Of a stretch of 64,000 bases of DNA, positions 1 through 14,384 are shown in pieces. The stretch is from assembly GCA_964016885.1 (NCBI GenBank), contig OZ024756.1, forward strand, positions 42,160,001-42,224,000, written 5' to 3'. The translations under genes were made by a program, and so were the position numbers. Each line of letters starts with the position of its first letter. The first letter of the stretch is position 1. The DNA comes from Eledone cirrhosa (lineage: Eukaryota). A model generated the notes under the pieces. The model had not been told where the DNA came from. It saw only the letters and a program-made list of their open reading frames with translations, and searched no databases.

Positions 1-1411
1 TGAATTTTTAAAATATTTCTACTGAAAATTTAATGATTCCAATTATCAGTAGCATAGGATACTGAAGATTACAATTATTGAAAAAAAATGTTTAATATAA
101 TTTACTAATTAATAAAATAAGACTAAAATGTTTTAATTATGAAAAAAAAAAAAACACTTTAGGAACATTTATCATAATTATTATTATTATTATTATTATG
201 CAAATTTAAAGATAAAAATTCCTTGGTTTTTAAATGCAGTCAAAATGCAGTTACTGAAATATAAAATAAATTACTAAGACATCTTGCTTCAAGAAAGTTA
301 TTTCTTTAATAATTGAAAATGGTAAAACAAAAAATTGAAAATACAAATGCAGATATTCTTCATAATATAAATGAAAACTTTAATACTTTACCTTACATAA
401 ATCATCTTTCAAAAAATTCTTAAAATTTTTTTTTCTAATTTACTTTTAGAAAAATTTAAATTTAAAATTATTTAGGAAGAATTCGAATCTTGAAACCAAA
501 AGTTCAACCACAAAAGATATGAAATTTATCAAAATTTTTATAAATTATTTTAAAATAAACCGAAAACAGATTTGACTAAATCTTTTTGAAAACTTAAAAT
601 TGTTTTTTACTAACAAGGTTCAAACAAGACTCACAACAAAACCAAAACTACCAATTTCTCAACTGTGATATTTCAGAACAATATAATCCATAGAATCATG
701 ACACCAACAAATATAACCAGAATACTACTAAGATTAGAAAATCGATTAGGAGGAGGAGGGAGAGGAGAAAATACAACACAAACCCATTGACAGAACAGAT
801 CTGATAAATTACCACATTTAAAAACAAAACATTTTTCTGTGATCCTATTGAAAAATATTCACAGCCATTATTAGAATAAAATAATACCTCTTGTGATAAT
901 GAAGATGATGATGATGGTGAAGATTTACCTTTAGCTAGTCACAAGGAGGAGAAATAACAAATGGAAACTTTACTGACCCCAGAAGGATAAAAGACAAACT
1001 GGACAAAAGTAATATTTTGCAAGGCCAAAACATAGTCAACTACAGTCGTTAATTTGGTATTCTTCAGTCGTTAAGGGGGGAGATATTGGACCAATTTGTT
1101 CGTCAACTTATTAAAACCTTATTCTATACAGACTAACAGCTTCAAATCTATTTTTTGTTTTGTTTTTTCTAAAACCATAAATCTTTAAGATCATAAAAAT
1201 ATTAATTTTGTAAAAAAATTAGTACAAAGATGCTATCATCTCCCTGTTTCTATGATCTTAAATTTTAAGATATTAGAAAGCAAAAATAATAAAAGATTAA
1301 AAGCTAGTTAGACTGATAGTCTAAGTACTACTTTATATATCTAAAGGTATATTATATATATATGTATATGTGTGTATGTGTGTGCAAAAATGTATGTATA
1401 ATAATTCTTAC

Positions 1412-1587
1412 ATTGTCAGGAGGTTTCTTGAAATATATTTTCATACGCGATTATTGTATGGGAAGTCAGAATCAGCAAATATTAGATGCATGAACATGAC
1501 ACTAAGAAGATCAGGTAGAGGTGGTTAGTTGGAGATCAGCTACTTCCAGCTCCCGTCATTGCCGTCCATTTCAAGTGAAGATGTACT
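1412..1587 (-). other. Candidate exon of an unidentified - strand gene, with short uORFs and a possible start MKIYFKKPPDN
   Basis: On - strand: ttgtttttgttag acceptor and AAT|gtaaga donor bound a 176-nt non-repetitive, more GC-rich island; no recognisable homology. Confidence 0.35.
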
Positions 1588-3574
1588 CTAACAAAAACAA
1601 TAAGTTAAATAGAATGACCAAATTATAAAGAAGCAGGCAGAAGTAGAACTTTATACGGGTAAACTATGAAAGTTTTTCAACAAAATATGTATATATAGAG
1701 ATAGATAGATATATATATAATAAATAAGGACGATCAGAAATGATTCGTAACATATATCATATCATCAAACCGACATTTAGACAAATATCGAACTATTAAT
1801 ACACAAAAACGAAAGGAAAGGATCCGATCGTCAGATCGAACCACGATTGCCGATCCTATCTGCCAGTGGCAACCCCTCCTGAAAGAAGAAGGTAGCGGGA
1901 TTTGAACTCAGAACAACACATATACAGCCAGATCAAGACATTCTTAAAGCATCTGGAACGACTGTTTATATAAAAAAAAAACACAATCCCGCCAATGATG
2001 CGTCTCTCCTGGACTGGTACTTTATTTATCGACCCCCAGAAGGACAAAGTTGACCTCGGGAGGGGGGAGGAAATATCCGACAGCTTTAACAACTCTGCCA
2101 ATTCGCCGCTTAACACACATTAAAAAAAAACATTTAAAAAAGAAATTCATTGAACAAATATCGATAGAAAGACTGTTGCATAGGTTTTATTTAGAAAACA
2201 TTTTAAGGAGACAGCTATTACCGATAGTACATTGAATGACAACAAATATATCTAATAAAAGACTTTTTCAGAAAACACAAACAACAAACTACTACTACTA
2301 ACGTATATTATATATATATTACCAATTATTACATAAGAGCGAAAAATAAAGTCCCTATATCAACAAATATAACCAAACATTTACAAATACTGTGTATATA
2401 TATATAAAATCAAGCGTGAACCTAATGTCACTGTGTTAATTGCCTAATTAGTAATGTTTATTAATTAGTATCGTAGGTAACAGCAATAGGAGCACTCAAT
2501 GCTACTTGTACAAGGTGATTCTTCGTATGGTTTCATTTTAAGTGGAGTTTCGGTCTCTCGTAAATAATACACACACACAGATATATATAGATATATGCAA
2601 ATATATATATATATACATAAACACATTCACCACCACCCCACACACTAGCAACATACCTCCCTCTCCCAACCCATCATCAACATAAACACTAAAGATCAAT
2701 AAGACTTCAATCAACTTTGAACCCTCAAGATGGCGATTGTTGCAGATATGGGATCTCGGAGCTGAAATCAAATATATTCAACAGAAGGGAAAAAAAATGG
2801 CCAACGTGAACAACGAAATAAATATAATAAAAAAAATGCTAATAGATATTATTTATATAAATTTTATAAATAAAATAGCAAAATAATGAAGTTAATAGGG
2901 TGGTAATAGTGATGGTGGAGGTGGTGATTGTTGAGATGGGGGAGGGGGAATAGTGATGGTGGTGGTGGGGGTAAGAGTAGAGGTGGTGATTGTGGTGTGT
3001 ATGGGGGGGGGGGGCTAAATAGTGATGGTGGAGGTTGTAGTGGTTATGATAGTGAAGGTGTTGATTGTAGTAGTGGTGGGGGTATTAGTGAAGATGGTGA
3101 TTGTAGTGGTGGTGGTAGCAGTGTTGATGCTGATAGTAGTAGTAGTAGTAGCGGTGGTGGTGGCGGTGATGATAGTGGTAGTAGAATGTAGTAGTAGCGG
3201 TAATAGTACTACTACTAGTAGTATGTAGCGGCAGTAGTAATAGAATACAACGGTAATAGTACTAGTAGTAGTGGTAGAATGCAGCAGCAGCGATGATGGT
3301 AGTAATAATAGTACTAGCAATAGTAGTAGTGGTGGAATTAGTAGCAGCCGTATTTTAATGAGATTCAACACAACGCCCACACCGTGATGTTAGCGATGAT
3401 GATGATGATGATAAGCATAATAATAATGACCTTATGTAAATTTTTTCAGAAAAAAATGTTTCTTAAACCTAAAAAAGGAGCAGAAAGCGATCACAATATA
3501 TATTTATTGATCTCCGTCTAGCAGAGCGCTTAACCTATATATATATTCACACATACGTGTATGTATATATATAA

Positions 3575-3857
3575 TATAAGATCAAAAGATGGTTAAAAGA
3601 GTTCCAAGTATTTTATTATGCTCATTTCAAAAACAAATATCATCATGAGATGATATCTGCGTTTTCATCAGATAAAATAGGGATACATGATATGAAGGTT
3701 AAAAAACACTTGTGAATAGTGAAGTTTTAAATCAACATATTAACATATTAACCATCTTTTGATCTTATATTATTTATACTCCAGTCCTACAAACTGTAGA
3801 GTGCTACTTATCCGATATTTGCATTGCTTTATTGTGCTACAATAAAACTCACCTCCT
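3575..3857. mobile_element. Penelope-like/retrozyme-like non-autonomous element, family A (inverted arrangement, in TA tract)
   Basis: Same sequence as 10322, 11899 and 16390; - strand arm followed by + strand 3' tip; TA flanks. Confidence 0.75.
3609..3679 (-). ncRNA. Type I hammerhead ribozyme motif, family A
   Basis: TATTTTAT-CTGATGA-long stem II-GAAA-TGAGCA-TA-ATAAAATA on - strand. Confidence 0.75.
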
Positions 3858-4400
3858 ATATATATATATTAGTATGACGAGAGAATTACTGAATAATTAA
3901 TAAGCATAAAGGCTGGAGAGAGAAAGAGATAATAGATATAGCAAGTGCGAGATCAAAGAAAGATAGTGTTGAGAGAAATAGTGGGAGAGAGAAAGAGAGT
4001 GTATGTGCAATAGTATGCATGTGAGTATGTGTAAGAGAGAGTGTATGTGCAAAAGAGTGCGTGTGTGTGTATATATGTGTGTGTGTAGCAAGCTAGATTG
4101 ATGAGAAAGGAAGAGAGAGAGTGTGTGTGTATAATATGAGTGTGAAGCGGAGGGGGGGGGGGGTTACTAGCAAAAGGGTTTTATTATATTATATCCAGAC
4201 ATAAACCTGGTGCGTGCAGCAGTAAAGTAGCAAAAGATAAAAGCTAACAAACATTATACATACATTTCAGGACTACTACAGTTAGTTAAAAACCCACGTC
4301 AACACATGCAGTCGACTGGATAAACCAACACACACATATATATATATATACACAAATATATGTATCTATACATATATATATATATACACACACACACAAA

Positions 4401-4440
<40 letters not shown>

Positions 4441-5119
4441 CACACAAATATATATATATAGATATACACAAATATATATATATAGATATACACATATATG
4501 TATATATATATACACACACATACAGGCAAATAAATCACTCGCACCGCAGTGCTTCCCCCTTCTCTCATATTTTTAAGTTGAATTAAAACAAAAAATATTC
4601 TACATTTATCTCTTGAAATATATTAAAATATATATATATATATATGCAACAATGACGAATGTAAAAAAAAACTATAAGTAAATTGTCTAAAAATAAAAAT
4701 AATAATAATGATGACAAAGAAAAAAAAAATATATTGTAAATCATGCAAGGATGAGAATGATCGTGGGGTATAAATGAATGAGGAAATATTAGAGATCTAA
4801 ATAAATATATATATGTGTGTGTATATATATATATATATACGTGCATAGATTTTACAAGCTCTAACTGTATCGCCACACAGATTCTAAATAAATAAGTGGT
4901 GGTAGTGGTGGTTGTTGGTGATGATGGTGGTGGTTGGTGGTAGTGAGCGAATAATTATTATACAAAAGCATCCAAAATAACCACTGTTAGGATGATTTGA
5001 TCAAAGCATTATATTTATTGGAAAACAAAATTTAAAAAAATAGTCATCCAGCTATATGAAAACAACACAGAAACTTGAAATTTAGCCTAATTCACAAATA
5101 AACTAAAATAACCAAAGCG

Positions 5120-5600
5120 AAAAGCCGCCATCTTGCCAGTGTAGTGCTTTAAAGTGACTTAGAAACAATATTGACAATTTAGATTCAGTACAACCTTAAA
5201 GCCTTTTTTTAACTCAATTAACAACATAAAAAAAAAGTTAAGATAGGTGGGAATACCGGCATTTATATATTTCAGAGTTTTAAGAGTCGAAACAAGAATA
5301 TTTAAGAGATTTTAGTAGAAATTTGGCTGATACACTGTACGATGGCAGCCATTTTGGTGAGAATTAGAAGATATCATAAATATTACCTCGTCTGATTCGC
5401 CAACGAGTTCCCGGAATAGTTTCAATCCACAATAAAAGCTTCGTACCAATCCTAAGTTTGGATCTATTTGTGTTCTAAACTCTTCTTCGCCATAGCGAAC
5501 AGATATTCGCTCGTATCTACAGCCAGGACGCCCTGGAAACCGTGGCCGCGCCATTACTATAAACCTGCTAACATTGAGGCCTGGAAAGATGGCTCCGTCA
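5120..5600. promoter_or_regulatory. Putative promoter region with YY1-type motifs
   Basis: GCCGCCATCTTG (~5124), CAGCCATTTTG (~5346) and AAGATGGC (~5586) in a locally CpG-richer unique stretch. Confidence 0.35.
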
Positions 5601-7393
5601 ACAGTACACACCTTCCGAGTTAACCATCTACGATCTCATCTAAAATAATTATTTTTATATAAACAATCATTTTAAAATGCAACAAGAATCGATTAACAAG
5701 TCTTTGTTTTTTTTTTTTTAGTATTCAATCAACATATTAGAAACTTTTCGGATAAATGTTGATGAAATTTATACATCCTCGATCAGGACCTAATATTGAC
5801 CAATCAGGTTGATGGTATTCCCCGCCAAAATTTACTGACCTTAATATTACTTGCTAAATTAAAACAATTTTATTAGTTATAACAATATTATCTAAAAAAA
5901 ATTTTTTTAATTCACTATAAACTGTCATAAATTCTATAGCATCGCTTGAACAACTGACATATTTAATATATAAATATATATATAAATATTAACTTCGGTT
6001 TTTCAGTATATCAATCAACAAACATATTCCTTCACCTACCCTGTTCGTCACCAAAACAATTAAATGTACTTTTGTTGAAATTAGAAATAATTATCTCGTG
6101 TATTCCTATTAATGACTTACCATTAACATTTCAAAATAAATGTTTCTTTTTTTTTCTCTCTCGCTCTCTTTTCTTCATCAAGTCTAAATATTTACAGGAA
6201 CTGAAATATATTCATAATAGCTAATTTAGATTAAAAACTTATAAAATATCGATTTATGAGAGGTTTTGAAATATTACGATGATAATAAACTAATTCTATT
6301 CCGAGTTGTAAACAAACTTTAAAGTGTGTGTCTGCAATTTTGTTTCACGGTGTGTTGTGTCTTAAATTATTCACACACGTGCTAATATTAACTCATGAAT
6401 ATCTCTCAGGAGAGAACTAAGTAGGGCTAGTTGTTATTATGTCACCAAGTAGTAGTCTTTCCTGAGTTGGTCCAGTCTTACGGTAGGCGTAGAAGATTAA
6501 AATCTATCTGGCTAGTCTAATACTATTTACACGTTTACAACCATTTATTACCTTGATAACTACATGGTAGGAGGGACTTAGAGACAACGAAGTTAGGGAA
6601 ATTTGTCCTGAATGAAAGTAGACGAAATGCGTGGCGAAGTCTACTACAGTGGTTTCACAGCTGTATAAAACCCATGGCCGAGCTCCTGTGTTTTCTTGTA
6701 GTTAAGACATCCACTCCCTCATCTATCACCTCAATATTTCACCCATTGACTCCCCTATCACCCACACCCTAATCAGTCTAGTCAGTATTATAAATAAAAG
6801 GGCCACGAATGGTTCCCAAACTTTTCAATAACTAAGGACCTGTTTTACTTAAATTAATGTTTCCCCGACCACCACACCATCCACTACCTCCCTCCCACAT
6901 TGTTGTCATATAATCGAAAAAGAAATATATTTATATTTAAAGAGGAATAGATACCTGATAGCGTGTGTGTTTATTATGTTTATAACGAAGTACTGGAAAT
7001 GTTTAACTTAACTCACGGGCACCATAGAACTTCTAGTCTACAGGCAATCGGGGTTTCTGTGGCCTAACACTGCTATGAAAGGGATCTTTACAGACCCCAC
7101 GGGAATGGAAGTTTCCGAGATGTAACAAGGAGATCGAATTGTAACAAGGTAATAACAAATTGACAAATAAATCGGTAAATCGATTAATGGAATCACTACT
7201 GGCGATCAGCACTACATTGTTAAACATAACAATTGAGAGGTAACAGTGTGATATTGACGGATGATTGCTTAAGGACTCTGCAAGTCGCCCATCTCAATAA
7301 ATATACCCTCCAGAGCTCTCCGTCTTCTGAGCTTTCCTACTCTATTCACTCCCGTATCTCCCAGCCACATTAAGGCTCCTTAGCGCTTACTTC

Positions 7394-7428
<35 letters not shown>

Positions 7429-7849
7429 TACACATATAAATTATTGTCTTCATCGTATGCTGTTGTATACATAGTATACTGTACTTCATTGATAAGGATA
7501 AAATATGATCAAAATATGTCCGGAGTTGTCTCCCATTGTCATTTATTAAGATTGTATAATGCTACTTTTTCTACGGAGATACTTAACACATATTTAGATG
7601 GATTGATAGAGTTAGGAGTTTTAGTCACATTAAGAAGAAAAGAAAGGCAATATTGGAAAAAGCTATAAATGAGAAGAAAAAGAGGGAAAGGACAAGAATT
7701 ATTAGGCAATGGAAGATAGGAGTAAGGGGAGAGGGTGACAGGCTCTACACTTGGGTCACAGCGGTGTTTCGGCTACGCCCTGTGGACCAAGTGGCAATGG
7801 CATTTCTGTGGACCATGGCCAGTGAAACATACTACAACAGCCACCCAAC

Positions 7850-8118
7850 CTCATGGAGCTCCTTCCGATTTTACAGAGGAGTTCAGCTGTGGTTAGAATG
7901 TCACAGGAAAGAATCACTGGACAGATTTTACAGGCAAAACCAACTGGCAGGAGACCCAGAGCGAGCAAGATGGTTGGATAACATCCATGAGCCTGGCTGG
8001 TCTCGCTTGGGGATCTAGCTGGATCAGTTGGAGACGGTTCCTTCTGACAGGACCTGCTAGAAGGAGTGTTTGAGGACTCTACCCCCATGACCCTCTCAGG
8101 AATAAGTGGGTGAAGAAG
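7850..8118 (+). mobile_element. RTE-clade LINE 3' fragment, second copy
   Basis: High nucleotide similarity to 37700-37930. Confidence 0.72.
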
Positions 8119-8508
8119 TTCAGCTGTATGGGGTCCCAGAACGTCTGGGTCTCAACAGCGACCAGTGCAAAGAGGAAATGGCCGGACAAGCCCTGGTATT
8201 TGCTTGTCTTCATGTCCCCTGCATTGCGAGCCAGCTTATTTATATAATAACTACTGTAGATAATATATTGGTAGAATACCTTGCAGTGTTTAATCCTCCT
8301 CTGTGGACTCTGAGTTGTAGTAGTTGTAGTAACAGCTCACACCCTCACAAGGGCCTAGAAACAGTTTTGTTCTGTTCTCTCTTGCAAAATTTCTCCCATA
8401 AACCATGTTGTGAACTGTTGATCCAACCTGTACCAGCAAGAGAAATGGACATAAGATGATAAATTGATAAATATATTTGTGTGTGTATGTACATACACAC
8501 ATAATATG

Positions 8509-8546
<38 letters not shown>

Positions 8547-10383
8547 TATAACAAAGAGGGTGTGGTAAGATACCAGGTGGACCAGAGTACTCAATACTTG
8601 GGGTAGTAGAGTGGGTAATATGAAAAGATTCAGGACCCCAACAGCGGAACTCCGGCTATTTTGGATCTAGCTGTCGAAATGGCCGGAGCTCAGCCATTAG
8701 GGTCCTGAATCTTTTCATATATATATATAGTAATAATAAATACAAAGACCAAAATCCAAAGAGGACTTGATGATCCCACTTAGGGTGAAAGCAGAAATGA
8801 TTTGCTTAAATCTGTTGTAATGATATATATATATATATATATACAAAGGTTACATACTCTGAGACTCTAAACAGGGCCCAGAAAGGAGCAAATCTTAACA
8901 ATAAGCAACTGGAACATTACAATATTAGCTCTGGTTCTCAGATATGATAAAATATAATTAACCCCACTTTGTTCTTTCAAAAAAAAAGGGGGGTCCAAAA
9001 AGTAAATTAATTGCCTCATTACAGTAAATATTGGTTTCTAATTTAGGTACAAGGCCAGCAATTTTAGAGCAAGGACAAACTTGATTAAATCAACCCCAGT
9101 ATTTAACTGGTGCCCTATTTTATCGACCTCCAGAAAGATGAAAGACAAAGTTAACCTTGGTGGAATTTGAACTCAGAACCCAGAACATGAAGAGCAACAA
9201 CAAATAGCACAATGGTATTTCATCCGATGCTCTACCAATTCTCCAAATCCACCACCCTTTTAAGGAACAATATGTTCATTTCTAATTTACTCACAATACT
9301 AGCAAATTTCTTTTTTTTTGGGGGGGGGGGGGCAAAGTTGATTAAATCAACCCCAGTGTATTACTGGTACTTTATTTTGTTGACCTCAGTAGGGTGAAAA
9401 ACAAAGTTGATTAAATCAACCCCTAGTACTTTACTGGTACTTTATTTTATTGACCTCCAGAAAGATGAAAGAAAAAGTTGAATTTCTTAAATTTCTATTA
9501 GTAAAGTTGACTTTAGGTTGTAAGAGTAACTGTAGCACTTTGATTAATCCATACTTTTGTCAGACAAATTAATTACTTTACATGATCAATTACTTTATGT
9601 ATTAATCAATATTTTAATACATACATACATATATATGTATGTAACCCTAACCCAAGTCCACACTGTCAATGTGGTTGGTGTTATGAAGGGCATCCAGCCG
9701 TAGAAAACCAGCCAGAATCAGTCCTATATGAACCAGACACGGTCACCCTTACACAACTTGCCTCTAAATAGGACCCGGCTAACCCTTTCTAGCATGGAAA
9801 ATGGATGTTAATCAAATCAATGATGATGATGATGATGATGATATATATATAGAGAGAGAAAGAGAGATGTGTGTGTGTGTGTCGGGTCCAAGCGGGGGTA
9901 CCCACAGTAAGTAAGGTACTCAATACATATATAAATGTATAAATGTTTAATATAGAGATGGCTTCTATAGGACTAGAACTGCTTGGTTCGAAGGAAATCA
10001 TCGTCATCATATATATATACTCTCATCTCCTCCCCCTTTTTTTTTCATCCTTTCCACCCTCCCCCCTCCCTAAATAAAATATTTTTTCCTCGCACATATC
10101 CTCCCTTCGTTAATTTTCAAAATTTTTAATTTATACATTACCTTCCAACGGTTTTCAACCTCTCTATGTAAAACAATATATCTCCTCTCAGTTATAAAAA
10201 CTATCTCTTTCTCTCTATCACCCATCTCTCCCTCTCATCTCCTTCCCTTTTCATCCTTTCCCCCCCCCTCTCTAAATAAAATATTTTTCCCAATATCACA
10301 CATCAATCTAAAACCACTTTTCATATGTTGATTTAAAACTGCACTATCCACAAGTGTTTTTTAGCCTTCATATCATGTTCTCC

Positions 10384-10454
10384 TGTTTTATCTGATGAAA
10401 ACACAAATATTATTGCATGATGATGTTTGTTTTTGAAATGCGCATAATAAAATA
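10384..10454 (+). ncRNA. Type I hammerhead ribozyme motif, family A (element about 10322-10490)
   Basis: TGTTTTAT-CTGATGA-stem II-GAAA-TGCGCA-TA-ATAAAATA; element ends in (TA)n. Confidence 0.75.
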
Positions 10455-10484
10455 CATGGAACTCCTTTAACCATCTTTTGATCT

Positions 10485-10551
<67 letters not shown>

Positions 10552-11811
10552 CAGTGGTCTGTTTAAACAGCCCCATGTATATAAGGGAAGTAACTTAGAT
10601 TTAAACCTAGAAATAAAACTAATCGTTTCTAAATGTAATTTAAACTCAACATCCTGTGATGATTAAGCAGGAAATATCTAAAAGCAGGTTTGTTAATTCA
10701 AATATTTATAGATTAGTACTTTTACTTGTGGGCAGATATTGAGACCATTTAGACGAAAGACTTTAATTTATAACGTGACCCAGTCGTTTTTTTGTTGTTG
10801 TTCCCCCCCCCCCCCTAAATGTTGCATATGTGAGGCTGGGTTATTAAGCTACATTTTGTAAAAAAAAAGAAAAAGAAAAATCTGCTGCTGTTCACATCTT
10901 TTCTGTTATCTTTTTTTCTGTTTTTTTACCTTTTTTTTTTTAACTTGGCTCTTACATTTTACCAACAATGGCAATGTTAATATTACAACTAAAATACATT
11001 TCTTTTTATGTAGGCAATTAAAATGAATGAAAATGATGTAAATTTCTATTAATTAACTCTTCATGTATTTTCGTATCTAGGGTGGTGGCGGGGGAGAGAA
11101 AAATTCACAGGAGGAAAATGACATTTGATTTGTACGTATTATGGGCGTGTAATTGTGTAGCTCCTTGTGGAGTCTTCTAGGGGGCACCGTAGTGACTAAA
11201 CGCAGCAGGGCCCATCCCCTCTCCTGGTCAGAACACAACAGATTTCTTCTAGAGAAGGAGAGAGAGAGAAATTTAAAAAAAATGTAATTTAATATATATA
11301 TGTAATGGTTTCTGATTTAGGCAGTAGGCCATCAGATCTGAGGGGGAAGTCGATTAAATGTACCTTAATACATTACTGGTACTTTATTTTATCGAAGAAA
11401 ATCAAAGAAAAAGAAAGTAGCATTGTAAAAGACTATGAATTACGTTTCTTTGTAAAATATCGGTTTCCATAGTGACATAGCTTGTTATACTATAAGGATC
11501 TGTAAGGTAGAAGGGATGTTAAATGATGATAGTGGTGATGATGATGATGGCTAGCAGCCTGGCCTTTCACATCTAGCTTACATACAGTTTCCACCTTCTA
11601 TCAAGTACATTTTAATGTAGCAACAGCAGTAGAGAGGTTGTCATATGCTTGAAACAACTTGTGGGTCCTCCCAGCTTCTCCACCAAGCTATCTACGACTG
11701 GACGCCTTTCCTATCACCAACCACTTTACAGCAGGTACTGGGTGTGTTTATCTTGTAGATCACCAACACTAGTGAGGTTGTTGTGCCCTTGACACGACTA
11801 AAGGGTCCCTA

Positions 11812-11898
<87 letters not shown>

Positions 11899-11901
<3 letters not shown>

Positions 11902-12066
11902 GGAGGTGAGTTTTATTGTAGCACAATAAAGCAATGCAAATATCGGATAAGTAGCACTCTACAGTTTATAGGACTGGAGTATAAATAATATAAGATCAAA
12001 AGATGGTTAAAAGAGTTTCAAGTTCCAAGTAAAATACTTGGAACTCTTTTAACCATCTTTTGATCT

Positions 12067-12070
<4 letters not shown>
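11899..12070. mobile_element. Family A element fragment, fold-back, between two TA tracts
   Basis: Inverted 3' tip plus hairpin of ataagatcaaaagatggttaaaagagtt. Confidence 0.75.
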
Positions 12071-12160
<90 letters not shown>

Positions 12161-12318
12161 AGATGACGGAACTAGCAGGGGTTTCACTGCTAGTACCGGT
12201 TGCATCTCAGCGTACTCAATAGGTAATGTTATGTAAACCCCCAGAGTAGACAGTTATTCGCTTCAATACAACGCACGTAAACGGGCACCTTCAATCTTTA
12301 CCCGTGCTCGAGTTTCGG

Positions 12319-12360
<42 letters not shown>

Positions 12361-12695
12361 GCTTTTTCTATGTTACGGTTTAGTTACTATTAGCTCACTT
12401 TTTCTTTTCTCTTTCTTATTTTTTGCTTTCCCTTTCCTTTTCTTTTATATTATATTTGTTTGTGCTTTCGTTCTGCAAGCATTTTATTATTATATCTTTT
12501 TATACAGCAGTGAATAAAAACAGATATTTTATTAAAGTGAAAGCACCCAATGCTGTTACTTACATCCAATTATTACTGTTTAGGATTCGCCGTTTGTGTC
12601 ATCGATTTTGGCATCCCGTAACAAGCAGAGTGTTAATAATAAGTAAACGGGAACGAGGTATCAATTTAGTATCATCACTACATACATATCTTCTT

Positions 12696-12787
12696 CACTC
12701 GTGACTCGTGTTTCGAAATCGATCAACTCACCGTTCGATCGGGTCCGACTGACTCTCGAATCGAATCGATAGCTTATCAGACTTGTG
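12696..12787 (-). ncRNA. Degenerate long-stem-II hammerhead motif in a TA-flanked element (~12357-12800)
   Basis: CTGATAA-G..ATCGATTCGATTCG....TGAGTTGATCGAT..C-GAAA-CACGAG-TC; G8A change and imperfect stem I. Confidence 0.45.
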
Positions 12788-12811
12788 GATTTCATACTTT
12801 ATATATATATC

Positions 12812-12848
<37 letters not shown>

Positions 12849-13385
12849 ATCAAAATTTAGCTTCGGCATAGCTGTATACATACACATAGATATACGAAAT
12901 TCATATATATATATATATATATACGTTGTATAATGTTGTTTAGCTCATAGTTAATCCTGTATATATAATTTTATTCATAGTTACCTAAATAACATTACAA
13001 AATCAAACATGTATATATCGTAGGGAGCTGAAATATACAAGGGTTATCAATTACTGAACTACTTGTTAACCGGGTACCGCCCATAGATATGTATGTTTCA
13101 ATAACATCTTAAATACGATTGTATCATCAAATACTTCCCGCTATTGTTGTCAATTTATTAAATACAAACATTAGCAATGTCTAAATTATATAATAATAGT
13201 AATACTTCTAATTAAACTGAACTCATTAAAAAAAAAAACGATAATATTTAGATTTTTAACGAAATGTTAAATCTGAGAGACAAGCTGGCTGTTTAGTCTC
13301 GCCAGTTGCTGTATATCGTATGAGGCGGTCGTAATTAAAACCAGTCTATTGTTAGGTTAAAATGTATTTATTGTAAGGAAAATAC

Positions 13386-13428
<43 letters not shown>

Positions 13429-14034
13429 GTGTATATAGATAGATATTCATTGGATTAAGGCTAAAATAGTGAGTTTTGTTACTCAGGAGTTTCGCCTTTT
13501 TATCGCAGGGTCACCAGACAAAAACTCTGTGTGGAGTAGTCCCTTCTCTCAGCCGTCAACTACATACGAGTATACATACATACACACACACATATATATA
13601 TATAACATTTGATATAGCTGGTAATATTTAATCCATTCTCTAGGTATTAAAAAAAAAATGCCACACACGACCAGCAACAGTAATAACAATAAGAATATGT
13701 GCAGATGTGAATGTATTAGTGGTAAATGCAATGAATGTACTGTACTGTACAATAAATCTTTCCCAACAATAAATGACCGCCAGCTACTTGCTGCTGGACT
13801 TGCAGCAGTTTATACATGAACCTAAATGTAGAGAGATGTGGAAGCTGGTGGTACATTATTTAGACTGTTGCATACAGGCGGTCTTTTAAAACATCGCAAA
13901 CACACACACATACATATATATATACACATACATACATATATATATATACACATACATACATATATATATATACACATACATACATATATATATAATTTGA
14001 GGAGAGGGTAGCTGAAAGAACGAACGCACGCACC

Positions 14035-14080
<46 letters not shown>

Positions 14081-14346
14081 TATGTGTGTGTTTATTTGTG
14101 TGTATGTGTATATATCATTTTAATTCACATAGTAAAACAGTCGCAATCGCCATAGCTAGAAAGAGCGACAGACTATAACTAACCGCGGAATATACATACA
14201 TATATATATTTTAAAAAACCGTTTACATGCAGCCACTGGTGTCATTGGATTTTATGGAAAACCATACTTAAAGTAAGTTTTTATGTATAAATATATATTT
14301 ATACATATTTACATATATTTGTGCCACTATCCGAGATTATTAATTG

Positions 14347-14384
<38 letters not shown>

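Noticed and set aside
2900-3350. Gly/Ser- and Thr-rich ORFs
   Set aside because: Degenerate (GGT/AGT)n trinucleotide repeats.
5312-5611. 99-aa - strand ORF
   Set aside because: No recognisable domain or clear splice context; better explained as promoter/UTR-like sequence, though not excluded.
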